In this document: one piece after another, positions 22,148 through 31,670 of the stretch
Layout of the letters: every line of letters begins with the position of its first letter
Numbering within the stretch: the stretch's first letter is position 1
Assembly: GCA_963776845.1 (NCBI GenBank)
Contig: CAVZOJ010000002.1
Span: 611,979-675,978 of the forward strand
Source of the DNA: an uncultured Alphaproteobacteria bacterium
GTDB lineage: Bacteria; Pseudomonadota; Alphaproteobacteria; Rhodobacterales; Rhodobacteraceae
Length of the DNA: 64,000 nucleotides
Direction: 5' to 3'
Made by a program: the position numbers and the translations under genes
The notes under the pieces: model-generated
Databases searched by the model: none
What the model was told of the DNA's origin: nothing
Seen by the model: the letters and a program-made list of their open reading frames with translations, nothing else

Positions 22148-24070
22148 GTGATCGAGCACGCGGGCATCGCCCTCGCCGCCCTCTTCGAGCCGGCGCGACT
22201 GCTCGCGCTCTTCGCGGGAATGCTCGTGGGGTGCGTCTTCGGGATGTTGCCGGGGCTCGGCGGTGTGGCGGCGGTGTCGATCCTGCTGCCCTTCATCTAT
22301 CTGATGGACGACTATGCCGGCCTCGCCATGCTGCTCGGCGCGGTGTCGGTCGTCTATACCTCGGATACGATCACCTCCGTGCTGCTCGGCGCGCCGGGGT
22401 CGCCAGCGTCGGCGCCCACGGCGATCGAGGGGCATGCCCTCGCCAAGCAGGGGCAGGCGGCGCGGGCGCTGGGCGTCGGGTTTCTGGCGTCGATGGTCGG
22501 CGGCCTCATGGGCGCGCTGATCCTCTTCTTCGCGATCCCGATCGCGGGTCCTATCGTGCTGATGCTGTCGACTCCCGAACTCTTCATGTTCGCGCTGGTG
22601 GGACTTGTCTTCGCGTCGTCGATGGTCGGCCGCGATCTCGCGCGCGGGCTTGCGTCGGCCTGCCTCGGCATCCTCCTGGGCGTCATCGGACCAGCCTCGG
22701 CGGCGGCCGACTTCCGCTTCACCTTCGGGCAGGTCTACCTGCTCGACGGGCTGTCGCTGACCATCGTCGCGCTGGGGCTTTTCGGGATCGCCGAGGTCGT
22801 CGCCATGCTTGCCGCGGGGGGCGGCATCAGTCACGAGCGCATGCAGGTCACGCACTGGGGCGAGGGGTTCCGCGACTTCCTTCGCTACAAGTGGCTGATC
22901 CTGCGCGCCTCGATCATCGGCGTGTTCGGCGGCTTCGTCCCTGCGGTCGGCGCATCGGCCTCGACGTGGGTCGCCTACGGCCATGCGATCCGCTCGGCCA
23001 AGGATCGCTCCAAGTTCGGCAAGGGCGACATCCGCGGCGTTGCGGCGGCCGAGGGCGCCAACAACGCGACCGTCATCGCCGATCTGGTGCCCACGCTACT
23101 CTTCTCCGTTCCCGGAGGGCCAGCGGCGGCGATCTTCCTCGGCGCCCTGTTTTCGTTCGGCTACTACCCCGGTCCGCGGATGGTGCAGCAGAACCCGGAC
23201 CTGATGTTCCTCATCGTCTGGTCGGTGGCTCTGACGTCGGTGCTGGGGGCGGCGCTCTGTTTCGCGATCACGCCATACCTCGCGCGGCTCACGCGGATCC
23301 CGTTCGCGATCATCGCCGCACCGCTGGTGCTGGTGATGGTCATCGGCGCCTACCAGAACACCGGCACGATGGGCGATGTGTTCCTGCTGATCATCCTCGG
23401 TACCCTCGGCTGGGCGATGAAGCATGCCGAGTGGCCGCGCGCACCGGCGCTCGTCGGCTTCGTCCTCGCCGCTCCCATGGAGCAGTATTTCTGGCTGACC
23501 ACGCAGATCCATGGCTGGAGCTTCCTGCTGCGGCCCGGCGTGATGATCCTTGCCGCGATCATCGTGATCCCGATCGCGCTCGGCCTGCTGCGGCGCCGCC
23601 GCGATCGCGCCGACGCGACGGGGGAGCCGGTGGACGAGCCGGCGACCGACCGACCGATGATCTCGCTGATCCTCGCCACCCTTGCGACCGCCGTCTTTGT
23701 CTATGCGATCTGGGAGATGCAGGGCTTCAACCCGACCTCGCGCCTGATGCCGTCGCTTGCCGTCTATCCGGGCCTGGCGCTGTCGCTATTCCTCGTCTGG
23801 CGCGGCGTCCGCGGTTTCGTGCGGCCGACGGGCGAGGCGTTCGCGGAGCCGTTCTACCTCGGCATCCTCGCGGTCTACGTCGTGGCGATATGGGCGGTCG
23901 GCTTCACCGCGCCGACGGTGGCCTTGATCGCCTGGATGTTGTTCCTGCGCGCCGGAATGCGCCCCTTGACCGGCATCACCTACGGCGTCGCGGTCTTCGT
24001 CGTCGCGCGCGTCCTGTTCCACTACATGCGGGGGGATCCGCCAGTCGGCGCGCTCCTCGCCTTGTCCTGA
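22148..24070 (+). CDS. tctA: tripartite tricarboxylate transporter permease TctA with a C-terminal TctB-like four-TM extension
   Basis: GTG start. The first roughly 500 aa are TctA-like (MLPGLGGVAAVSILLPF...). After an Arg-rich linker (LLRRRRDRADATGEPVDEP) there are about 140 more residues of TM helices. There is no separate tctB ORF between tctC and tctA. Confidence 0.8.
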   Translation: MIEHAGIALAALFEPARLLALFAGMLVGCVFGMLPGLGGVAAVSILLPFIYLMDDYAGLAMLLGAVSVVYTSDTITSVLLGAPGSPASAPTAIEGHALAKQGQAARALGVGFLASMVGGLMGALILFFAIPIAGPIVLMLSTPELFMFALVGLVFASSMVGRDLARGLASACLGILLGVIGPASAAADFRFTFGQVYLLDGLSLTIVALGLFGIAEVVAMLAAGGGISHERMQVTHWGEGFRDFLRYKWLILRASIIGVFGGFVPAVGASASTWVAYGHAIRSAKDRSKFGKGDIRGVAAAEGANNATVIADLVPTLLFSVPGGPAAAIFLGALFSFGYYPGPRMVQQNPDLMFLIVWSVALTSVLGAALCFAITPYLARLTRIPFAIIAAPLVLVMVIGAYQNTGTMGDVFLLIILGTLGWAMKHAEWPRAPALVGFVLAAPMEQYFWLTTQIHGWSFLLRPGVMILAAIIVIPIALGLLRRRRDRADATGEPVDEPATDRPMISLILATLATAVFVYAIWEMQGFNPTSRLMPSLAVYPGLALSLFLVWRGVRGFVRPTGEAFAEPFYLGILAVYVVAIWAVGFTAPTVALIAWMLFLRAGMRPLTGITYGVAVFVVARVLFHYMRGDPPVGALLALS

Positions 24071-24085
24071 CCCAGCGGAGGAGCC

Positions 24086-24613
24086 ATGGATCGCCTCGCC
24101 TTCGACGACATCATCGAACCCTCGATCGACCCCGCGACGCGCAAGATCGGCGTCCGGCAGGTGGCCGCTACCAATGCCGGCGGGACCCGGACCCGCATCC
24201 AGGTCCGCGACTTCGCGCCGGTCTACACCGACGAGCCCGACTCCCTCGGCGGCACGAATACGGCGCCCAGCCCGCTTGAGACCGTGCTGATCGCGCTCGT
24301 CGGCTGCGACGGCGTCATCATCAACGGCGTCGCGACGGCGATGAAGTTCGACTATGCAGGCGTCGACCTGTCGTGCGAGAGCCAGATCGACGTGCGCGGT
24401 CCCAAGGGCGTCCCGGGCATCCGCCCATACTTCGAGGAGGCGCTTCTCGAGATCGTCGTCTATACCGACGAAAGCGAGGAGCGGTTCCGGCGACTGGCCA
24501 GGAATGTCGAGTTCCGTTGCCCGGTTATGAACCTGATGACGGCCGCGGGCGTCGAGATGGACGTGACATGGACCCGACGCCCGGCGTCAGACTACGGCGG
24601 CGGCGTCGACTGA
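24086..24613 (+). CDS. OsmC/Ohr family protein
   Basis: TDEPDSLGGTNTAPSPLETVLIALVGCDG and the second Cys region EFRCPVMN. Confidence 0.8.
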   Translation: MDRLAFDDIIEPSIDPATRKIGVRQVAATNAGGTRTRIQVRDFAPVYTDEPDSLGGTNTAPSPLETVLIALVGCDGVIINGVATAMKFDYAGVDLSCESQIDVRGPKGVPGIRPYFEEALLEIVVYTDESEERFRRLARNVEFRCPVMNLMTAAGVEMDVTWTRRPASDYGGGVD

Positions 24614-24646
24614 GTCGAGCCGCCGCCGCGCCGCGAGGCCCTCATA

Positions 24647-25625
24647 TCAGCCGTCGTAGGTGCCCGCCGTGCGGCCGCGGGCTTGCACCAGCGCCAGGAT
24701 CAGGTCGATCGTCGGCGTCGGCACCTCGACCATGCGGCCCAGTTCGCTGACCGCGGTGACCAGCGCGTCGATCTCCATCGGCCGGCCGCGCTCGAGGTCC
24801 TGCAGCATCGACGTCTTGTGTGCGCCGACGCCGGCAGCGCCTTCGATCCGCTTTTCGACGTCGATGGCGAACTTCGTCCCCAGCGCCTCGCCCACCGCCT
24901 GGCCCTCGACCATCATCGCCCGCGCGATCGACCGCAGGTCTTCGCGGGTGGCCAGCACGTCGAGTGTCTCTCCCGTCAGCGCCGAGAGCGGGTTGAAGGC
25001 GAGGTTGCCCCAGAGCTTGACCCAGAATCTCGTCGCGGATTTTTGGCCGCACGGGCGCCTTGAAGCCGGCGTCCTTCATCGCCGCAGACAACGCGTTCGC
25101 GCGATCCGACTTGGAGCCATCTGGCTCCCCAAGCGTGAAGCGGTCGCCGGAGACGTGGCGAACGACGCCAGGCTCGTCGACCTCGCACGCCGGATAGATG
25201 ACGCAGCCGAGGCACTGCTCGGGCGGTAGGGCCGCCGACACCTTGCCCTCCGGATCCACCGCCTCGAGGCGCCGGTTGTCCCAGCCCTCGAGGCCGTGGA
25301 AGTACCAGTGCGGCACGCCGTTCATGCCGGTGACGATGCAGGTGTCGGGTCCGATCAGCGGCGCCAGCTTGTCGGCGATTGGCGGCACCGAGTGGGCCTT
25401 GAGCGTGATGAAGAGGTAGTCCTGCGGCCCGAGCTCGGATGCGTCGTCGGTGGCGGCGATCCTCGCCACCTCCTCCTCGCCATCCATCACCAGCTTCATG
25501 CCGTGTTCCTTGATCGCGGCGAGGTGCGGCCCGCGCGCCACGACGGACACGTCCTGTCCGGTATTGGCCATCCGGACCGCGAGGTACCCGCCGATCGCGC
25601 CGGCGCCGAAAATACAGATCTTCAT
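24647..25625 (-). pseudogene. panE: 2-dehydropantoate 2-reductase (PanE/ApbA) family protein, frame broken by a 1-nt insertion near 25025
   Basis: The N-terminus MKICIFGAGAIGGYLAVRMA...PKIRDEI is in ORF 24642..25625. WVKLWGNLAFNPLSALTGETLDVLATREDL... continues to the end in the +1 frame (ORF 24647..24958). Length is 3n+1. ATGA overlap with the upstream ligase gene. Confidence 0.8.
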
Positions 25626-27106
25626 GCCAACCCCAGCTTCTCTGCCAGCCCGATGCGCTGCAGCTTGCCTGTCGCACCCTTCGGGATCTCGTCGAGGATC
25701 TTGATGGTCCGCGGCACCTTGAACGCGGCGAGTGACTTCGCCGCGAACTCGCGCAGCTCCTTGGCGTCGATCTCCTGTCCGTCCACCGGCACCACCGCCG
25801 CGGCGACATCTTCGCCCAGCTTTTCGTGCGGGACCGCGAAGGTCACCACCTGGGCGACCGCCGGGTGCTCCATCAGCACGTCGTCGACTTCGCGCGGACT
25901 GACCTTTTCGCCGCCGCGGTTGATGATCTCCTTCAGCCGGCCGCGGATGGTGACGTAGCCGTCCTCGTCCATGTCGCCCTGGTCGCCGGTGCGGAACCAG
26001 CCGTCGGAGAAGCTCTCGGCGTTTGCCTTTTCGTTGCCGCGGTAGCCGGGCGTCACGTTCGGCCCGCGAATGACGATCTCGCCGACCTCGCCCTGCTTCA
26101 GGATCGCGCCGTTCGTCTCGGACATGATCGCGACCTCCGGGCCGCCCGCGGGTCCCACCGTTCCGGGCTTCTGCAGATCGAGGCGGTTCGACGCCATCTG
26201 GTGTGCCGCCTCCGTCATGCCGTAGGCCTCGATCACCGGGCAGCCGAAGGTCTCCGCGAGCTTGCGGAACACCGGCACGGGCAGCGATGCGGAGGAGGAG
26301 CGGACGAAACGCAACTTCGCGCGCTCCACGATCTCCTCGTTTCGTGGCGCGCGGCTGAGGATCGCCTGATGCATCGTCGGGACGGCGGTGTACCAGGTCG
26401 GCTTCACCTCATCGAGCCAGCCGAAGAAGCGGAGCGCGTCGAAGCCCGTCGTGCACGAGATCGCCGCGCCGGCGCTGATCGAGGACAGGACCGCCGCGAT
26501 CAGCCCGTGGATGTGAAAGAGCGGCATCACGTTCAGGCACCGGTCCTCCGGCGTCAGCGCCAGCGTGCCAGCTATGTTCCGTGCCGAAGCCACGACGTTG
26601 CTCGACGTGAGCGGCACGATCTTTGGGCGCGACGTCGTGCCGGAGGTGTGCAGAACCAGCGCCACGTCGTCTGGCTCGTTGAGGTGCGGCGTTCCGATCG
26701 CCACGTCCACCAGAGATATGTCGCCCGCTGCCTCTCCGCTCTCCAGGAGCGCGGTCGGGATGCCCGCGCTCTCCGCCGCGTCGCGCGCCGGCGTGTCCCC
26801 GGCGACGATCAAGAGCTTCGCGCCGAGGTCCTTCATGTAGAACTTGAACTCTTCCCGCGTGTAGGACGGGTTCAGCGGAGCGGCGGTCGCGTGGCTGCCG
26901 ACGGCGAGGAACGCCGCTGCCATCTCGGGTCCGTTGGGCAGGACGATCGCGACGTCGTCTCCAGGCCCGATGCCGAGCGCGCCGAGTTGGCCGCCGACCC
27001 GGTCGATCGCGGCGAGAAGTCCGGAATAGTCGAGGTCCGGGCGTCCCGGCTGGCCGAGCGCGGGGCCGGATCGGCCCGCCACGAGATCGCGGATGGTGTC
27101 TGTCAT
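25622..27106 (-). CDS. AMP-dependent acyl-CoA synthetase/ligase (oxalate-CoA-ligase-like)
   Basis: Inner ATG 27106 (MTDTIRDLVAG...). Motifs: LVLHTSGTTSRPKIV, EAYGMTE, WFRTGDQG, IPKGATGKLQR. The upstream 236 codons of ORF 25622..27814 overlap the GntR gene out of frame. Confidence 0.9.
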   Translation of the reverse strand: MTDTIRDLVAGRSGPALGQPGRPDLDYSGLLAAIDRVGGQLGALGIGPGDDVAIVLPNGPEMAAAFLAVGSHATAAPLNPSYTREEFKFYMKDLGAKLLIVAGDTPARDAAESAGIPTALLESGEAAGDISLVDVAIGTPHLNEPDDVALVLHTSGTTSRPKIVPLTSSNVVASARNIAGTLALTPEDRCLNVMPLFHIHGLIAAVLSSISAGAAISCTTGFDALRFFGWLDEVKPTWYTAVPTMHQAILSRAPRNEEIVERAKLRFVRSSSASLPVPVFRKLAETFGCPVIEAYGMTEAAHQMASNRLDLQKPGTVGPAGGPEVAIMSETNGAILKQGEVGEIVIRGPNVTPGYRGNEKANAESFSDGWFRTGDQGDMDEDGYVTIRGRLKEIINRGGEKVSPREVDDVLMEHPAVAQVVTFAVPHEKLGEDVAAAVVPVDGQEIDAKELREFAAKSLAAFKVPRTIKILDEIPKGATGKLQRIGLAEKLGLA

Positions 27107-27864
27107 TCTATGTCTCCAAGGGGAACGAGAGCGTCGAGGCTTGGCTCGCCGCGGAACATGGTACGCCGGACCGCCGAGAGGTGGATCCGCATCGCGTCGG
27201 CCGCCCCGGCAGGGTCGCGCCGCGCAATGGCGTCGACGAGCGCGACGTGCTGGTCGGAATAGGCCGCCTGCTCGTGCCGGGTAAGGGTCTGGCTGCGAAG
27301 ACGCTCCCACTCCGGCTGGCGTCGGATCACGGTCAGGGTCTCGAGCACACCGGTCAGAAGAGGGTTGCGCGTGGCGTCGGCGAGGGCAGTGTGGAAGCGG
27401 CTGTCCGTCGCCTCCCACGTCTGCCAGTCCGTCGTCGCAGCGCCTTTGGCGGCAATCTCGCGCAGCCGCGAAATTGCCGGATCGGACGCGCGAAGTGCAG
27501 CGGCCGCTGCGATCGGCGGCTCGATCATCAACCGCAACTCGAGAACGTCCGCAGGCCCGGGCGGGGGGGAGAGTCGCAGTGTCGCGGTGACTTCGTCCTC
27601 CGGCGGGCTGCGAACGAAGGTCCCTTGCCCGACATGGCGGCGGATCCGGCCTTCCGTTTCGAGCGCGGCAAGCGCGCGACGCACGGCGCTGCGGCCGATC
27701 CCGAACTCCGCCGCCAGCGACCGTTCCGGCGGAAGGCGGTCCCCCGCCCGCCAACGGCCCGTGCGAAAGGCGCGCAGAAGTAGTTCGGGTTCTTGCTTCA
27801 ACGATCCGCACCATTCATCGGCATTGGTCGAGTTGAGGATAGGTCCAGACGGGTGAATGGCCAA
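27103..27864 (-). CDS. GntR family transcriptional regulator (FCD subfamily)
   Basis: LPPERSLAAEFGIGRSAVRRALAALETEGRI plus an FCD-like C-terminus. Its stop overlaps the ligase start by 4 nt. The exact start is uncertain. Confidence 0.85.
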   Translation of the reverse strand: MAIHPSGPILNSTNADEWCGSLKQEPELLLRAFRTGRWRAGDRLPPERSLAAEFGIGRSAVRRALAALETEGRIRRHVGQGTFVRSPPEDEVTATLRLSPPPGPADVLELRLMIEPPIAAAAALRASDPAISRLREIAAKGAATTDWQTWEATDSRFHTALADATRNPLLTGVLETLTVIRRQPEWERLRSQTLTRHEQAAYSDQHVALVDAIARRDPAGAADAMRIHLSAVRRTMFRGEPSLDALVPLGDIE

Positions 27865-27914
27865 ATCTCAAGGTTTACCAAAAGCATGGTGCGCCAATTG
27901 GTTCAAGCGGGAGC

Positions 27915-28703
27915 TCATTGGTTGGCTCCCAGCAGGCCCTCGCGCATGATGTGGGTCCGCTGCGAGAGCATCTCGAAGCCCGACCAGATCAGTCGCGCCG
28001 CTAGCACAAGCAGGATCGCGTCGAGCACAAGCTTGAAGCGGCGCTCGTCGATCCGCATCAGCACGGCGCGTCCGCAGATCGTTCCCAGGAAGCCAGCCGC
28101 GATCATAGCCGCAACGAACGTGATCCAGGGCCCGAACGCGAAGCCGAGGATGCCGATGACGATGGTCTTCAGAACGTGCTGCAGCACCATGAACGTCGCA
28201 TGGGTGCCGACGATGCCGTGCCGGTCCAGCCCCAGCGTCTTGACGTAGGAGATCACGAACGGCCCGGTCGCGCCGAAGAACATCGTCAGGAACGACGAGA
28301 TGACCCCGGTCAGCCACGCGAAGCGGCGCATGATGCCGGGCGGCGTGAAGAACACCGACCAGAGGATGAAGAGGCCAACGCCGACTTGCACCACCGCAGG
28401 CGGCAGAGCGACAGCGACGCTGCCGCCCATGATCGCGCCGACGAGCGAGCCGATGGCGAACGAAGGAAGGACGCTCCAGAACACATGGCGCCGCATGAGC
28501 GCGGCCCGCCCCAGGTTCGATCCGATCTGGACGACACCGTGCACCGGAATCAGTGCCGCGGGCGGCAGCAGGGTCGCGAGGATCGCGAGCAGCGCGGCGC
28601 CGCCGCCAATCCCGAATGCGGCGGTGATGAACGAGGTCGTAAAGCTCACCCCGACCAGGGCGAGCGTCACGCCGAGGGTCAGGTCCGGAGGTGGCCAGCT
28701 CAT
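27915..28703 (-). CDS. sulfite exporter TauE/SafE family protein (copy 3)
   Basis: Poly-TM protein (FITAAFGIGGGAALLAILATLLP...). The start is either ATG 28703 or TTG 28739. Confidence 0.8.
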   Translation of the reverse strand: MSWPPPDLTLGVTLALVGVSFTTSFITAAFGIGGGAALLAILATLLPPAALIPVHGVVQIGSNLGRAALMRRHVFWSVLPSFAIGSLVGAIMGGSVAVALPPAVVQVGVGLFILWSVFFTPPGIMRRFAWLTGVISSFLTMFFGATGPFVISYVKTLGLDRHGIVGTHATFMVLQHVLKTIVIGILGFAFGPWITFVAAMIAAGFLGTICGRAVLMRIDERRFKLVLDAILLVLAARLIWSGFEMLSQRTHIMREGLLGANQ

Positions 28704-28994
28704 GCTGATGACAGGGCTCCAACTGCTCACCGCGGTCAACCTCGGCGCGGGCGGTGTTGCGGTTGCTCGCGCGGCGTGAAGGCCTGCCTTGTAGGCTCAA
28801 GTTGTAAGGCCCCCGCCGGAAGCCTTGAGATGTGCGAGCGGATCGACACCGCCCTCTTCGAGACGGGCGTTGATGCGACCACGCCTCCGTCGCCAGCATC
28901 GGTTTCAGCTTCACCTGCCTTGTGATGGCGGACGCCGACTTGGGGGGCGTTGCCGTCACCGCGAACCTTCGCTCAAGGGCAGGTGCCTGCCGGC

Positions 28995-30416
28995 TCAGTC
29001 GCTCCCACCGGCAATCGGCGGCCGCCGGCGGCGCGGCCAGTCCGTGGCACCGTGGTAGGCTTGACCGATCTGCAGCAGCCGGCGGTCGGACCCGCGCGGG
29101 CCGAAGATCTGCAAGCCCATCGGCAGGCCTGCGCTGCCGAAACCCACCGGCAGGCCAAGGGCCGGGACGGCCGACAGCGAGACCGGAACCACCGTTTCCA
29201 TCCATCTGTGGTAGGTGTCCATCGGCCGACCGGCGACCTCGCGCGGCCAAGCCCACTCCGCCGGAAACGGCCAGACCTGGGCTGAGGGGAGTGCGAGCGC
29301 GTCGTAACGACCAAAGAGGTCGACCAATGTCACGTACCAGGCGGATTCTTCAGCGCTTGCCGCGAGGTACTGCATCGCCGTGAGGCCAAGGCCACGCTCG
29401 ATCTCCCAGACGGCCTCGGGCTTCAGGCGGTCGCGTCGCGCCGGATCGGCGTACAGCGCCCGATGCTTTGTCGCGACCGCCGCGGAGCGCAGCGTGGTCC
29501 ATGAGGCCCATATCCGCTCTGCCGGGAACGGCGGCGGCACCTCCTCGACGATCGCGCCGAGATTCTCGAAGACCATGAGGGCGGAGCGGCAGAGGTCGAG
29601 GATGCCGTCCTCGAACGGATAGGCGCCGCCCCAGTCACCGAGCCAGCCGATGCGCTTTCCGGCAATTTCGATGCCGAGGCCCAAGAGGTCGGATGGCGTC
29701 TGCGAGTACGGGTAGCGCCGATCCTCCTCGACCATGACCGACAGCAGCAAGGCCAGGTCGCGTGGGCTGCGGCCCATGGGCCCCTCGGTCGAAAGGCCGG
29801 GGCCGAAGACGTCGGCAATCGGGTCGGGCGGAACGAGGCCGACGGTCGGCCGGAAGCCGTAGACGTTGCACCAGGCTGCCGGATTGCGCAGCGACCCCAT
29901 CATGTCCGAGCCGTCTGCCAGCGGCAGCATCCGCGCCGCAAGCGCGGCCGCCGCGCCACCGGACGATCCGCCTGGTGTCAGGTCCGGAGAGTAGGGATTT
30001 CGCGTCGCTCCATAGACCGGATTGTATGTGTGGCTGCCCAGGCCGAACTCCGGTGTGTTGGTCTTGCCGATCAGGATCGCGCCTGCCGCCTTGAGGCGCC
30101 GCGCCAGTCCGTCATCCTCCTGCGGGACGTGATCGGCGAAGAGCGGAGAGCCGGACGTCGTGCGGATGCCCTTCGTCGCGACAGAATCCTTCACCGCGAG
30201 GGGCAGCCCGTGAAGCGGGCCGCGTGGGTCAAGGCGATCGGCCGCCGCCGCCTCGGCCATCAGCTCCTCCCTCTCGCGCAGGGCAACGACGGCGTTGAGC
30301 ATCGGATTTATCTGCGCGATCCGGTCGAGGAAGGCCGCCATAACTTCAGCCGCGCTCAGAGCGCCCCGGCGCAGGTCGGCGGCAAGATCGGTCGCGTCGC
30401 GTTCGACGAGAGTCAT
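28995..30416 (-). CDS. amidase (amidase-signature family)
   Basis: AS-family core GGSSGGAAAALAA, upstream KDSVATKGIRTTSGS, and a length of 473 aa. Confidence 0.9.
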   Translation of the reverse strand: MTLVERDATDLAADLRRGALSAAEVMAAFLDRIAQINPMLNAVVALREREELMAEAAAADRLDPRGPLHGLPLAVKDSVATKGIRTTSGSPLFADHVPQEDDGLARRLKAAGAILIGKTNTPEFGLGSHTYNPVYGATRNPYSPDLTPGGSSGGAAAALAARMLPLADGSDMMGSLRNPAAWCNVYGFRPTVGLVPPDPIADVFGPGLSTEGPMGRSPRDLALLLSVMVEEDRRYPYSQTPSDLLGLGIEIAGKRIGWLGDWGGAYPFEDGILDLCRSALMVFENLGAIVEEVPPPFPAERIWASWTTLRSAAVATKHRALYADPARRDRLKPEAVWEIERGLGLTAMQYLAASAEESAWYVTLVDLFGRYDALALPSAQVWPFPAEWAWPREVAGRPMDTYHRWMETVVPVSLSAVPALGLPVGFGSAGLPMGLQIFGPRGSDRRLLQIGQAYHGATDWPRRRRPPIAGGSD

Positions 30417-30679
30417 CCGTCGCCCTCTCTCATGGCTGATCGCGCCGGATCGCCTTGGGTGTCATGCATCTTTCGAGCGCAGCTATCGCCAGCGGCCGGA
30501 CGAAGTACAAGGCGCACGTCTCGCGACCGGCGACTGGTCAAACATGCATCGCCGTGCTCATACTATAGGCGCTTGCGGCGTCGTCCGTGGGGAGGAGCGC
30601 GTCCTGCGCGGGCGGCATGGTTTGACAGTCGAGATCGGCAGGTCAGCTTCATGCGCTGCGCAAGCCAGGCGGGGAGGCT

Positions 30680-31670
30680 CTGATAGAAGTCAAATCGAAA
30701 CCCGCTCTTCACGTCGAAGGCCTTCGCGTCCGGTTCCGCGGCGCGAAAGTGGACGTCGTGGAGGATGTCGGCTTCTCGGTGGGCGCCGGCGAGACGTTGG
30801 CCATCGTCGGCGAGTCCGGCTGCGGGAAGAGCGTGACGGCCCTGGCCCTCATGGGCCTGCTGCCCGCGAATTCGGTCGCCGAATTCGAGCGGCACGATCG
30901 AGTTCGAGGGCGTCGATGTCTCGGGCGCCGACCTGGCCCGCCTGCGGGGCGACCGGATCGCGATGATCTTTCAGGAACCGATGAGTTCGCTCAATCCGGC
31001 GATACGGATCGGCGAGCAGATCGCTGAGTCGGTCCGTCGGCACCGCCGAGTCGGTCGCGCTGCAGGCCGCGCGCGCGCGCTCGAGATGCTGCGGCGGGTC
31101 GGCATCCCGGCGCCCGAGGCAAGGCTCGACGAGTATCCGCACCAGCTGTCGGGCGGTATGAGGCAGCGGGTGATGATTGCGATGGCGCTGGCGAACGACC
31201 CGGCGGTGTTGATCGCGGACGAACCGACGACGGCGCTAGACGTGACGATCCAGGCACAGATCCTCGACCTCATCGCCGAGTTGCGGGCCGATACCGGCAT
31301 GGCAACGATCCTGATCACCCATGACCTCGGCGTCGTCGCCGAGGTCGCCGATACCGTGGCGGTCATGTATGCCGGGCACATCGTCGAGATCGCGCCTGCG
31401 GCGGCGCTGTTCTCGGACCCGCAGCATCCCTACACGATCGGGCTCATGGGGTCGGTGCCGCGACTGTCCGGTCCGCGTCGTCGGCTCGCCACGGTGCCCG
31501 GAATGGTGCCCACCATCGACGCGATGCCCGCAGGCTGCCGGTTCTCCAGCCGCTGTCCGTTTGCCGCACTGGTCTGTGCCGACCGCCCGGCGCTGGAGCC
31601 GGCCGGTGCGGGACACGGCGTCGCCTGCCATTTCGCTCCGTTGGAGCTGCGGCTGGAGCGTAGCGCGTGA
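30680..31670 (+). pseudogene. peptide ABC transporter ATP-binding protein (DppD/OppD-like), frame broken by a 1-nt insertion near 30885-30890; start codon unclear
   Basis: LHVEGLRVRFRGAKVDVVEDVGFSVGAGETLAIVGESGCGKS...LLPANSVAEFE is in one frame. GTIEFEGVDVSGADLARLRGDRIAMIFQEPMSSLNP...LSGGMRQRV...LIADEPTTALD continues in the +1 frame. Upstream of the conserved N-terminal strand there is no in-frame ATG/GTG/TTG, only CTG 30680 and ATA 30683. Confidence 0.8.

Noticed and set aside
27107-27814. Upstream extension of the acyl-CoA ligase ORF (25622..27814), and similar 5' extensions of ggt (58888-59262) and nadD (58502-59008).
   Set aside because: The extensions overlap neighbouring real genes or intergenic DNA with Arg/Pro-rich nonsense. 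Internal ATGs with SD sequences and family-typical N-termini or signal peptides give the normal protein lengths.
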